Shown: positions 1 to 8,217 of the stretch, piece after piece
How positions within the stretch are numbered: position 1 is the stretch's first letter
Layout of the letters: each line of letters starts with the position of its first letter
DNA from: a virus
Taxonomy: Duplodnaviria; Caudoviricetes
DNA length: 28,172 nt
Direction: 5' to 3' (one strand)
Virus record (IMG/VR): IMGVR_UViG_3300044624_001154
Coordinates: 1-28,172 of that record
Program-made: the position numbers and the translations under genes
The notes under the pieces: generated by a model
The model's database searches: none
What the model was told of the DNA's origin: nothing
What the model saw: only the letters and a program-made list of their open reading frames with translations

Positions 1-1838
1 ATTTCTGGGTAGCGGGTAGACTCCGCCAGAATCAGGGCTTCCACTTCTTCCAGCGGCATGCCCGTAGACTCTGCGATTTTCTTGGCCCCGGCACCGTATG
101 CACGCTGGAACGAGAAGACCTTAGCCGTAGTGCGCTTCTTGTCCCACTCGGGGTCAGCGTCAACCCACGTGCCGTCCTCTGCCTTGTAGCCCTTGCACAG
201 CTTGAGCACTTCGTCATAAGGCATGCCCTCTTTCTGGGACACGCGGACGCAGTGCATGTCCAAGCCTGCACGCAAGTCGAGGATCAGCTGCTCGCAGCGG
301 GTAAGGATGGCCTGGACGTACACTTCCAGCGCAGTGAAGTCGGACTGGCAGATAACGCCGTCGGCGCCAAACCGGCTGACGAACGTGCGCTTGATCTGCG
401 AACCCTTCTGCTTTCCGGTAAGCTCGTCGTAGCTGCCCTTGCTGATGTTTTGCAAGTTCGGATCGCTACTACTGAACCGTCCCGTGACTGTGTTCGTGTG
501 GTTAATCCGGTGATGGATCAGACCGTGCTCGTCAACAAGCGCCAGCATACCCTTGGACTTACCCGTCTCTGGGTCGGTCACAATGTAGTACGTGCTGAGG
601 TCCTTGGTCATAGTCTGGAGTTCAGCCATGACGGTAAGGAACGGGATACCCCGCTTGCCCAACTCTTCGATCACATCAGAAGCCGTGCTGTACACGCCGG
701 GCGTACTGCTCTCCCACTTACGCTCAGCCCAGGTAAAGCCCGGCAGAGTGTAAGTGTCCTTACCCATACGGGACTTGGGCTTGCTGAGATCAGGGCACTT
801 GACCTTCTTGGTCTTGATCTCTCCGGTGTTCTTGCCGCTGGCGTAGCGCACAACCCGGATGCCCAGAGTACGGGCGGCGTCTACGGGCATGAGGTCGCCA
901 GCACCTTCGTTGCCGCGGTAGTTCTCCGCAGCTTCGCACATGACCACATCCATCTGGCTATATGCCTGATCCGGGTGGCCTTCCTCGAAGGTGTATTCTC
1001 CAGTGGTCAGCAGGTACTCACGCCTGTCGTAGCTGACAGTACCGCCAAAGATCAGCGCGGACTTCTGAATTGGGCTTGTCCACTTGAACTCGAACGGTAG
1101 GTCTTCTGGTAGGAACTTCTCAAGCTCCAGCCGCACTATGTCGATCTTCTTGCGCAGTTCTTCTGCAAGGTGTAGCGCTAGTGGCATGTCCACAAACATG
1201 CCGTTACGTTCCATTTCGATGGAGCAGATAAGGCTGCCCATGTTGAGGAACACGCTGCGCAGTTGGCCAGCTTCTTTGGCCCGTGCCAGCTGGCCAAGAG
1301 CGATGCGGCGGGTGTTGCCAATGTCGCCCTCTTGGAAGTCACCGTTCTCGTCGGGACCGCCAATGAGATAGCGTGACAGCAGCGCGGGCTCAATGTCGGC
1401 GGTGTCTACGCCTGCCGCCCACAGAACCTTAACCTCGTCTACCTTCAGGTTGCCGCCGTAGCGCGGGGCTACCTCGTCCAGCGTCAGCATGTGCTCACGT
1501 GGGCCCATGCCGTTAAGCAGGTACTCGGCAAGCTGGGTGTCCCACACCATGCCGCCACCAGCCACAAACTCCATCCACGCCTCAAGGTTTTCCTTGTCTT
1601 GCAGTGCGTGCAGCAAGTCGAACTTGATGTTGTGACCAGCAAGCAGTCGGGCACCCTCAAGCACAGGCTTAAGCCAGCCTGGACCAGGGCGTTGCTTACC
1701 GAACCAGTATTCCGTGGGCTTACCCTCTACCTCGAAGGCGTGGGTTACTACCCAGTTCTCGGGATGGAACGGCGAGGCAAGGCGCTTGTTAAGCGTCTTG
1801 GTCGTAGTCTCCGTGTCCCATGCGCGGAGTCCTTTCAT
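1..1838 (-). CDS. Family A DNA polymerase, phiKMV-like; 3' end lies outside the window
   Basis: Not in the ORF track; segments translated by hand. The ATG at 1838 overlaps the upstream stop (ATGA). The N-terminus MKGLRAWDTETTTKTLNKRLASPFHPENWVV has the ExoI DxE motif. Later motifs are TGRFSSSDPNLQN, motif A (SDFTALEV) and motif B (AKVFSFQRAYGAG). The same frame is still coding at base 1. Confidence 0.95.
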   Translation of the reverse strand, partial: MKGLRAWDTETTTKTLNKRLASPFHPENWVVTHAFEVEGKPTEYWFGKQRPGPGWLKPVLEGARLLAGHNIKFDLLHALQDKENLEAWMEFVAGGGMVWDTQLAEYLLNGMGPREHMLTLDEVAPRYGGNLKVDEVKVLWAAGVDTADIEPALLSRYLIGGPDENGDFQEGDIGNTRRIALGQLARAKEAGQLRSVFLNMGSLICSIEMERNGMFVDMPLALHLAEELRKKIDIVRLELEKFLPEDLPFEFKWTSPIQKSALIFGGTVSYDRREYLLTTGEYTFEEGHPDQAYSQMDVVMCEAAENYRGNEGAGDLMPVDAARTLGIRVVRYASGKNTGEIKTKKVKCPDLSKPKSRMGKDTYTLPGFTWAERKWESSTPGVYSTASDVIEELGKRGIPFLTVMAELQTMTKDLSTYYIVTDPETGKSKGMLALVDEHGLIHHRINHTNTVTGRFSSSDPNLQNISKGSYDELTGKQKGSQIKRTFVSRFGADGVICQSDFTALEVYVQAILTRCEQLILDLRAGLDMHCVRVSQKEGMPYDEVLKLCKGYKAEDGTWVDADPEWDKKRTTAKVFSFQRAYGAGAKKIAESTGMPLEEVEALILAESTRYPE

Positions 1839-2047
1839 GCTTGCTTGAGCACCCAGATGGACATACCATCACGGGCCCCTACGGTACCGACCATGCAGTT
1901 ATGGTCGCCGATCAAGCAATCGGTGGTGTGGCGCATGTCGCACCCCTCGCACCAGTTAGAGGTGTCGCCTTTAATGGGAGCACGTTCGTATGACTTCCCT
2001 GTGTATGGGCTTGTGTACTCGTCGGTGTAGTTGGCTTCAGTGGCCAC
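1835..2047 (-). CDS. Small Cys-containing hypothetical protein
   Basis: 70 aa ORF with GAGGA upstream; its stop overlaps the polymerase start. Confidence 0.7.
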   Translation of the reverse strand: MATEANYTDEYTSPYTGKSYERAPIKGDTSNWCEGCDMRHTTDCLIGDHNCMVGTVGARDGMSIWVLKQA

Positions 2048-2297
2048 GAGATTTCCTCAAGTAAGTGTGTAGCCGCATGGCGGCGATGCAGCCAAGTCCT
2101 GCACCCAAGCCCAGCGGGATCGCTAGGGCTAGGCCGGTCTTGACCAGCTGCGTGACAATCGTTATCTCGCACACCGCCATTAGCATGCTAGTAGGCATGA
2201 CCCACCAGTAGCGGCTGTGCTGGACATTGAGTTGCTGAAATGCGCGCAGTGCGACGAACGCAAAACTAACGCAAAAGGTTAGGGCAAATGCCTGCAT
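2037..2297 (-). CDS. Small membrane protein with about 3 TM segments
   Basis: Start reassigned to ATG 2297 (AAGGA RBS). MQAFALTFCVSFAFVALRAFQQLNV... has hydrophobic segments and a GxGxGxG motif. Confidence 0.75.
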   Translation of the reverse strand: MQAFALTFCVSFAFVALRAFQQLNVQHSRYWWVMPTSMLMAVCEITIVTQLVKTGLALAIPLGLGAGLGCIAAMRLHTYLRKSRGH

Positions 2298-2490
2298 GTA
2301 AGTCCTTGTCGAACAGTATCTCTCCGGTGTCGGCACACACTACTCGCTGTACGTTGCGCCACGCGAACGTGCGGGCTTCCCCGCGCAGCTTGCAGTACGC
2401 CTTAAACACGGTGTCGGTAGCGCTGCACATAAGCACAGCGCGGTCACTTCGGGTACCGTCAGGCTTAACGTACCGCACCAAGAGGTTCAC
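2266..2490 (-). CDS. Stand-alone WYL-like domain protein
   Basis: Y-x(3)-G-x-R-S-x-R followed by AYCKLRGEARTF matches the WYL domain pattern. AAGGA RBS precedes the GTG. Confidence 0.7.
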   Translation of the reverse strand: MNLLVRYVKPDGTRSDRAVLMCSATDTVFKAYCKLRGEARTFAWRNVQRVVCADTGEILFDKDLHAGICPNLLR

Positions 2491-2499
2491 CGTTAATCC

Positions 2500-2613
2500 T
2501 TACTGGAGATTTCCGTTAAGGTGGACAAGGTTTAAGTAGGCTTCTGTGGCGTTGTAACCGTAGCACGTCACTTGACGGTACCATGGGCCTGCCCAAGAGG
2601 TACTCGCCCTCAC
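2500..2613 (-). CDS. Small ORF (37 aa), possibly the frameshifted C-terminal half of the upstream gene
   Basis: Hand translation MRASTSWAGPWYRQVTCYGYNATEAYLNLVHLNGNLQ; fills the gap between its neighbours. Confidence 0.4.
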   Translation of the reverse strand: MRASTSWAGPWYRQVTCYGYNATEAYLNLVHLNGNLQ

Positions 2614-2614
2614 T

Positions 2615-2839
2615 TTACCAGTACACTCCCAACGTCCCGCGTTTAACCAGATGCGGCTTGTGCTTCAGCGGTAGGACAGGCACCGGCCCGGGCGGGTCTC
2701 GTTCATCGCAGCACGCCTCACACAGAGGCCCCAAATCGCTACCGCCCGGATCTTTCGGCGGCAGATAAATCGAGTCCTCATTGCACCGACCTGTCGGCTG
2801 ATCGCAAGCGACGCAGCGTTGAATATTCTGTATACTCAC
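2615..2839 (-). CDS. Small Zn-finger-like hypothetical protein
   Basis: Two CxxC motifs (CVAC, CEAC); GTG start overlaps the upstream stop. Confidence 0.65.
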   Translation of the reverse strand: MSIQNIQRCVACDQPTGRCNEDSIYLPPKDPGGSDLGPLCEACCDERDPPGPVPVLPLKHKPHLVKRGTLGVYW

Positions 2840-2973
2840 GGCGTCTTACCGCCACGCAAACACACCCAGATGGTGCAGCATGGCAACAGGTTAACGCACA
2901 GGCGCCTGTTGTGCTTGCTCCAGTGAGCACCCACCCACAGGCCGCCCGGCTGAAAGAGTACGCCGAATTTCAC
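2836..2973 (-). CDS. Small hypothetical protein (45 aa)
   Basis: Hand translation MKFGVLFQPGGLWVGAHWSKHNRRLCVNLLPCCTIWVCLRGGKTP; GTGA overlaps at both ends. Confidence 0.7.
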   Translation of the reverse strand: MKFGVLFQPGGLWVGAHWSKHNRRLCVNLLPCCTIWVCLRGGKTP

Positions 2974-3077
2974 CGGTCACCGTCCTTGAACAAGAAGTGC
3001 AGAATCAGCGCTGCTATGATACCGCCCGCCGGCACGGCCAGCACTGTCAACAGCGCGCTTAGATCGCCCGTGCTCAT
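2970..3077 (-). CDS. Small single-pass membrane protein (35 aa)
   Basis: Hand translation MSTGDLSALLTVLAVPAGGIIAALILHFLFKDGDR; start and stop overlap both neighbours. Confidence 0.65.
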   Translation of the reverse strand: MSTGDLSALLTVLAVPAGGIIAALILHFLFKDGDR

Positions 3078-3307
3078 GTCAGGTCCAGGTACATACCATT
3101 GTCGCCAGAGTACACACGGTACCCGTAGCTTTCCAGCAAGCGCTTCATGCGCGGAAGATCGTTACCGTCAAAGAAGGCCACGCCACGCTTACCCATCTTC
3201 TTGCTGATAACGTCAGCGTTAAGGGCAACGTGCGTTTTGAATCGCTCTTCTTGCTGGTCGTTGTAGAATTTCGCTTGCGCTTCTTTGAAGGTGACTAGCG
3301 GACTCAC
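3074..3307 (-). CDS. Hypothetical protein
   Basis: 77 aa ORF coupled to the helicase stop (GTGA), with GGAG upstream. Confidence 0.7.
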   Translation of the reverse strand: MSPLVTFKEAQAKFYNDQQEERFKTHVALNADVISKKMGKRGVAFFDGNDLPRMKRLLESYGYRVYSGDNGMYLDLT

Positions 3308-4587
3308 TTTGCAAACTCCACGTAACGTCCTCGGTTACCGTCGAAGAGGACTTCTGCTTGCGGGGACGCTGGCACACCGGTACGCACCTTCTTGTTCTTG
3401 GTGGTACCGATGTAACGGCTGTTGGCCAGCACTGGATCATTGACTGCGCCCAACGTAATGATAACGTCAGCCGCGCCTTGCTTGCCGGTCTTGCTGTCTT
3501 TCAGCATGGGCAGCGTTGGGTATTGCAGGCCGTCGCCGTCGGCGCTGATCTGCGACGTAGCGATAACGGCACAGTCATGCTTAACGCCACGCACACGGGC
3601 CCACTGATACATGGCTTCCAGCAACTGGTCGGTACGTTGGCCGTTGTTGTTGACCTCGCCACCGAACTTGATGTTGTCCACCATGTCGAACAGCACTGCC
3701 GCCGGGCGGTGCAGTTTCATCAGGTCTTCGACTTCGTGGTTCCACATATCGTGAATGTCGAAGATGCGCAGCGTACCGCCACGGCCACCGAGAGCAGCGG
3801 CGTACTCGTCCCGGATGGTGCCTGCGTTGGCCTTAGCCACAAGCTCTTCGGTCGTAGCGTTTAGCGCCGCCTGGAAGCAGCGCGTTACGATACGCTTGCC
3901 TGGGCCCTCGTTGTTGAACCACAGGATGCTGCGCCGTTCGCCAGGGTACAGGGCATCCACCTGACTGGCCATGAACGTAAGCTCACTGGCCGCAAAGGTA
4001 GTCTTGCCCTTGTCTGGGCGTGCTGCCACTACTACGAAGTCGCCAGCGCGCAACGGCTTGATGTGCCGGTTAAGGCAGGGCAGGCGCCAGTGCAGGCCGG
4101 TGTCGTCCTCTTCTTCCTTGAGCAGGTCTTCGATGGCGTCGAGAACCTGCGGGTTCTTCACCTTACGGTCGATCTGTTGATCGTAGGCGTCGAGGTAGGA
4201 CGTTAGGCCCTGCCGCAGGTCCACTTCCTCGCCAGCTTGGAAGCGTTCGATCATGCTGGCAACGTCGTAGGCCGTGGCCGTCTCTACCAGCCGCTTCATC
4301 AAGCCCTCTGCAATGTCCTCGCTAACGTCTTCCTGAATGTCCAGGAACAGCTGGTCGTACACTGCAAAGTCTTCGTCGCTGAGCTTTGGATGGATGCTCT
4401 TGAAGAAGATATTGAAAGGCTCTCGGTGAATCCGGGAGCTTTGCGGGAACTCCTTGAAGTACCGACCGTAGTCGGTAAGGAGGATTTGCGTGCGCGTGTC
4501 AAGCGCTTTGCGTGGGAGGGCACGCGCCAAGTTCTCGTACCGTTCCCGGTACTTGAGCAGGCGCAGCGTGGTAAGGTCAAGGCTCAT
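3304..4587 (-). CDS. DnaB-like (SF4) replicative helicase
   Basis: Walker A AARPDKGKT and motifs SQISA and DSKTGKQGAADVI. Start reassigned to ATG 4587, which overlaps the primase stop. Confidence 0.95.
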   Translation of the reverse strand: MSLDLTTLRLLKYRERYENLARALPRKALDTRTQILLTDYGRYFKEFPQSSRIHREPFNIFFKSIHPKLSDEDFAVYDQLFLDIQEDVSEDIAEGLMKRLVETATAYDVASMIERFQAGEEVDLRQGLTSYLDAYDQQIDRKVKNPQVLDAIEDLLKEEEDDTGLHWRLPCLNRHIKPLRAGDFVVVAARPDKGKTTFAASELTFMASQVDALYPGERRSILWFNNEGPGKRIVTRCFQAALNATTEELVAKANAGTIRDEYAAALGGRGGTLRIFDIHDMWNHEVEDLMKLHRPAAVLFDMVDNIKFGGEVNNNGQRTDQLLEAMYQWARVRGVKHDCAVIATSQISADGDGLQYPTLPMLKDSKTGKQGAADVIITLGAVNDPVLANSRYIGTTKNKKVRTGVPASPQAEVLFDGNRGRYVEFAK

Positions 4588-5390
4588 ATTGCTGAGTGCA
4601 GTGTCGCACGAATTTCCTCGATGGTGTGCAGCTTTGGGTCTTTCTCTGAGCGTATGTCTATTACGGTCAGGCCGTAGGCCCGCAGCTGCTTGGTGTATCT
4701 TGCAGCAGCCTTGCGGCCGGGCCCGTCGGGGTCCAGCCACACGGCTACTGGCCTACGCCTACGCATGAACTCTGCAACGTAAGCGTCGGGGACGTTGGTT
4801 CCCATTGCGGGCCAGCCTTCGCCCACTAAGCCTATCTTGTAGGCGCTGAGAATGTCCTCGGTCAAAACGGGAAAAGGCCCCGAGCCATAGGACACTAGCA
4901 TGTCCTTGGGTCGGGGTGTCGGTGCCAGGTACTTAGGCTTGCGTCCGTCTACCGCCCTGGCTTGGTAGTAGATGGGTCCTAGCGATGGGTCGCTGCGGAC
5001 TGGTATAACAACCCGTGCCGTTGCGCGGTGCCAATAGGCCCCAAGCCGCCCAATGTCTGCGTTGCTGAGTCCGGCTTTGTAGAACCAGAGCTTAGCTCCA
5101 ACAGGCCAATCGTGTACAGCATACACAGCCGGTCCTGGGAAATCCCGTAGGCCCGTGCAAACAACATCTTCTTCAGAAAGTTTTGCAAGGCTGGCGACAA
5201 GTTCTGAAAAGTCTTGCTTGACTGGGAGGAAGCCCGGTTCACTGCAACGAAAGCACCAAGCCGAGTAACCCCGCGCGTTACGGGAAACACGGAGCTTACG
5301 TCCATCCCCGCAGTTGTGCTCAACATCCTTGAGTTCTCCTATCTCTAGGCCGGTAGCGTGATGCTCCCACGAGCCTTTGTCTAGGCTCAT
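4584..5390 (-). CDS. DNA primase (Zn finger plus TOPRIM)
   Basis: N-terminal HNC...CFRC, YQAR and KPKY motifs, TOPRIM motifs TEDILS and WLDPDGPG; directly upstream of the helicase. Confidence 0.92.
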   Translation of the reverse strand: MSLDKGSWEHHATGLEIGELKDVEHNCGDGRKLRVSRNARGYSAWCFRCSEPGFLPVKQDFSELVASLAKLSEEDVVCTGLRDFPGPAVYAVHDWPVGAKLWFYKAGLSNADIGRLGAYWHRATARVVIPVRSDPSLGPIYYQARAVDGRKPKYLAPTPRPKDMLVSYGSGPFPVLTEDILSAYKIGLVGEGWPAMGTNVPDAYVAEFMRRRRPVAVWLDPDGPGRKAAARYTKQLRAYGLTVIDIRSEKDPKLHTIEEIRATLHSAI

Positions 5391-5503
5391 GGGAGCGGCT
5401 TGATGATGCGGCGGAAGCCGTAGACAAAGTCGTAACGTGTTGTGTCAACGACTGTAAGCCATCGGCGTCCGCCTATTGTCAGGACTTCAAACTGTCGTAG
5501 CAT
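5387..5503 (-). CDS. Small hypothetical protein (38 aa)
   Basis: Hand translation MLRQFEVLTIGGRRWLTVVDTTRYDFVYGFRRIIKPLP; stop overlaps the primase ATG; no clear RBS. Confidence 0.45.
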   Translation of the reverse strand: MLRQFEVLTIGGRRWLTVVDTTRYDFVYGFRRIIKPLP

Positions 5504-5997
5504 TGCCGCAGCTGCGCCTGAGCCATTCCCCGCAAGCGGGGATCTCCACGGGTCATGGCCTTCAGCAGTGCATCTTTCTCCGCCAAGTACACCACAGCAA
5601 ACTTCGGGTCATGCTTAACAATGTCCCGTGTGTTGCTGATAAGATCAGCGTACTTGATGGTTTGGACTGCCGGGTGTGCCCGGTATAGTCTCACACGGTC
5701 TTTGTTCTTACGGTAAGTCCGGTTTTCCGGTCCCTCGTAATTGGTCAGCTGCTCGACCATGTGCGCAACCGCAGGCCCAAACCGAAAGTTGAGTTCTTCT
5801 TCGGTAACGCCCTGATCTTCCATGCTGTCGTGCAAATAGGCAGCTTGCACCATGCTGTTCAGATGAACGGCAGGCGCAACGCTAGCCACTAGCCCGGCAA
5901 CTTCGGTAAGGTGCGTGATGTAGGGCAACCCGGTGTACTTACGGACTTGATGCCTGTGTACACTGGTTGCAAACTCAAGCGCTTCGTAGTTGTTCAT
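5479..5997 (-). CDS. HD-domain phosphohydrolase, MESH1/SpoT (small alarmone hydrolase)-like
   Basis: Motifs HRHQVRKYTGLPYITH, AAYLHDSMED and IKYADLISN. Confidence 0.88.
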   Translation of the reverse strand: MNNYEALEFATSVHRHQVRKYTGLPYITHLTEVAGLVASVAPAVHLNSMVQAAYLHDSMEDQGVTEEELNFRFGPAVAHMVEQLTNYEGPENRTYRKNKDRVRLYRAHPAVQTIKYADLISNTRDIVKHDPKFAVVYLAEKDALLKAMTRGDPRLRGMAQAQLRQCYDSLKS

Positions 5998-6295
5998 TGT
6001 CGCCCGTTCCTGGCCATGCCCAAGGGCACCGAGACCGGCGCGACACAGCCGGGTCGAAGTTCAAGCCGCGCCAGCGCTTTCCCGCTACGAGGGAATAAAA
6101 ATCCCGCTCATAGTAGCTTACGGCATCCGCGGTTTTGTTCCCGTAGGAAGACCGGTACCACCTGTTACCGTCCCAATAGCCCAGCACGCAACTACCTAGG
6201 CTGCTCTCACGCTCCCACAGCCCCGGACAAGGGGGATTACCCTCTTGCCACGGGGTCTTGTCTGAGTCGGGAAGCTCAGAGGTCTTGTAGGGCAC
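5975..6295 (-). CDS. Hypothetical Trp-rich protein
   Basis: 106 aa ORF tightly packed between its neighbours (TPW...PGLWER...YWDGNRW). Confidence 0.65.
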   Translation of the reverse strand: MPYKTSELPDSDKTPWQEGNPPCPGLWERESSLGSCVLGYWDGNRWYRSSYGNKTADAVSYYERDFYSLVAGKRWRGLNFDPAVSRRSRCPWAWPGTGDNEQLRSA

Positions 6296-6297
6296 TG

Positions 6298-6540
6298 TTA
6301 CGCCTTGCTGTCGTACTGGACCAGCTGCTTGTCTTCAACGCGCAGCATCAGGCCCAGGTTCTCTTTCCAGAACCGGGCGCGCAGCGCCAGCATCAAGGGC
6401 GACACGAACGGCGGCACCTTGAGGAAGACGGCCTTGTGCCAGCGGCCGTAACGCTGGCCGCGCTCATGGGTACCGGCTTCGATGGCGGCCAGCTTTGCGC
6501 TGCTGGCCATCTTGCGCCATGCCTTTTGCTTGTTGCGCAT
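6298..6540 (-). CDS. Basic hypothetical protein
   Basis: 80 aa ORF starting 1 nt after the upstream stop. Confidence 0.65.
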   Translation of the reverse strand: MRNKQKAWRKMASSAKLAAIEAGTHERGQRYGRWHKAVFLKVPPFVSPLMLALRARFWKENLGLMLRVEDKQLVQYDSKA

Positions 6541-6541
6541 G

Positions 6542-6868
6542 TTAGACGCCCACCTTGTTCACAGCTTCGGCCAGGGCCGATTCTTTGGCGATGTGCTTGG
6601 CCGTCTCTTCGCGGTGCAGGTCCATCAGGTTGACGACTTGCTCACGCAGGGATTGCGCTTGCTGCTCCAGGGCAAGGGCGTGCTCCTTGGCCTCTTCGGC
6701 TTGCTTGTAGATTTCGTCCTCGGCGCGCAGGTTCTTGCTGCGTTCGGCTTCAATGACAGCATTGCGGGCAACCTGGGTGCTCTTACGAGCGGCACGGGCA
6801 GCGCGGTACGCCAGATCGGTGATGTAGGCAGCGAGGCGCAGACGGAAGAATTGGATTTGCGTGTTCAT
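6542..6868 (-). CDS. Coiled-coil hypothetical protein
   Basis: ATG 6868 with GGAG RBS; rich in Ala, Glu and Gln. Confidence 0.75.
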   Translation of the reverse strand: MNTQIQFFRLRLAAYITDLAYRAARAARKSTQVARNAVIEAERSKNLRAEDEIYKQAEEAKEHALALEQQAQSLREQVVNLMDLHREETAKHIAKESALAEAVNKVGV

Positions 6869-6887
6869 TGGGTACTCCATACAGTGC

Positions 6888-6933
6888 TCAGCGCACTCGG
6901 AAGCCCTCCGTAGAGGGCAACCGGCTACGCTGA
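6888..6933 (-). promoter_or_regulatory. Intergenic stem-loop with internal loops; putative RNase III site
   Basis: 46 nt hairpin sharing CGGAAGCCCT...AGGGCAACCGGCT (plus strand) with 7334-7379. Confidence 0.6.
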
Positions 6934-7287
6934 TTAGCCTTGCGTGCTCAGCGCTTCGTCGGCGCTGATGCCGGTGCTGTCGGCCTCGTCGGCGCCGACC
7001 ACACGGATCACGTTGGCCAGGGCCACGGTGATGATGGTAGCATCGAAGCCTTCGCCGGCCTGGACACGCAGCACGTCACCACCCTTGGGCTGCGACTTGC
7101 GAGCGATCACGGTGCCGATGTAGGTGCGGACCTTCTCGGCGCGGCCGAACTTCACTTCGACGCGGACACCGGGCTGCACCACCGAAGTGTCGAACTCGTT
7201 GGCGGCAGCGGCTTCCAGTTCGGGCAGCTTGGCTTGCAGCTTGGCGATGGCGTCGATGGTGGCTTGCAGTTTGGCTTTTGCGGACAT
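6934..7287 (-). CDS. Hypothetical protein: N-terminal helix plus SH3-like beta domain
   Basis: ATG 7287 with AGGAG RBS; beta-rich segment PGVRVEVK...YIGTVIARK. Confidence 0.8.
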   Translation of the reverse strand: MSAKAKLQATIDAIAKLQAKLPELEAAAANEFDTSVVQPGVRVEVKFGRAEKVRTYIGTVIARKSQPKGGDVLRVQAGEGFDATIITVALANVIRVVGADEADSTGISADEALSTQG

Positions 7288-7333
7288 AGGAACTCCTAAG
7301 TAATTGTCCAGGGCAACATTGCCCATAGTGCGA

Positions 7334-7379
7334 TGATCGCACCCGGAAGCCCTGCACGCAGGGCAACCGGCTGGGATCA
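7334..7379 (-). promoter_or_regulatory. Intergenic stem-loop with internal loops; putative RNase III site
   Basis: Second copy of the 46 nt hairpin, with compensatory stem changes. Confidence 0.6.
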
Positions 7380-7793
7380 GTCTTGCCTGTATTCAGACAT
7401 GACCACGATGGAGTCTCCAGGCCGGAAACTCGGTCGTTTCTGGCCTTCCACAAGCCACGGCGCGATTTTGATGCGCAGGGAGTCCAGAACTGGCGAAGCG
7501 CCGGTAGTGATACCGGTGTAAGCCCGGATCAGCAGCAGTTCGTCGTAGGTAAGGGTCAAGGTGATTGGGCGCACTTCGTGCAGATTTGGCGTGAACACCG
7601 GACAGGTAAAGTTTCCTGCTTCCAGCGAGGCTATCGCTTGGGCCATGGCAATCACTGGCTGCTGGAGGGCGTGATTACGGCCCCTGGCCGCCAAGTATTG
7701 GCCATCGCTTCGCATGATGGCGAACAGGTTGTTGGTGCCAACACCCACCAGCATGTACTTGTGCTTGTGGTCGGTGGTCTTGGTTGGGTTCAT
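7377..7793 (-). CDS. Hypothetical protein
   Basis: 138 aa ORF with an ATGA overlap to the upstream gene. Confidence 0.7.
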   Translation of the reverse strand: MNPTKTTDHKHKYMLVGVGTNNLFAIMRSDGQYLAARGRNHALQQPVIAMAQAIASLEAGNFTCPVFTPNLHEVRPITLTLTYDELLLIRAYTGITTGASPVLDSLRIKIAPWLVEGQKRPSFRPGDSIVVMSEYRQD

Positions 7794-8020
7794 TGCGTCA
7801 CTTTCGATAGATCACGGGGTTGAGGAACGCCGCGCATTGGCGGCTTGTAAGGGACAAGCGGGCAAGGCCACACAGGGCCTTCCACTTTGAAGTTGGCGTC
7901 GTTCTGCTTAGCCAGTTGACCCGCAGCGCGGGCTCCCTGATCTACAGATGGGACCTCGAAGAGGCGCTCCCACTGGTTAGGGGCAACCTCTTCTTGCACG
8001 TACCACTTGGGCCCGGCCAT
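7790..8020 (-). CDS. Hypothetical protein
   Basis: Start reassigned to ATG 8020 (TAATG coupling): MAGPKWYVQEE... Confidence 0.65.
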   Translation of the reverse strand: MAGPKWYVQEEVAPNQWERLFEVPSVDQGARAAGQLAKQNDANFKVEGPVWPCPLVPYKPPMRGVPQPRDLSKVTQ

Positions 8021-8217
8021 TACATCGGCACACGGCAGCGGCGGGCGCTGTCGCTGATGCGGCGAATCCAGCGGGCGTTGCTGGTGGGCAAGGCCTTCAG
8101 GAACGCTGCGGCCAGCTTGCTGCGGTGCTTGCGAGTCTTGTTCTCTTCTTTGTTCATGGCCCACACTGCGGGGCGGGCTTCGGCATTGGCGGCGCGTTGT
8201 TCTTTGGTCAGTTGCAT
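8020..8217 (-). CDS. Small basic hypothetical protein
   Basis: Start reassigned to ATG 8217 with GAGGA RBS: MQLTKEQRAANAEAR... Confidence 0.7.
   Translation of the reverse strand: MQLTKEQRAANAEARPAVWAMNKEENKTRKHRSKLAAAFLKALPTSNARWIRRISDSARRCRVPM

Noticed and set aside
252-2030. Long plus-strand ORFs (252-1100, 1491-2030) and other plus-strand ORFs across the window
   Set aside because: They are antisense shadows of well-supported minus-strand genes and have no recognisable motifs.
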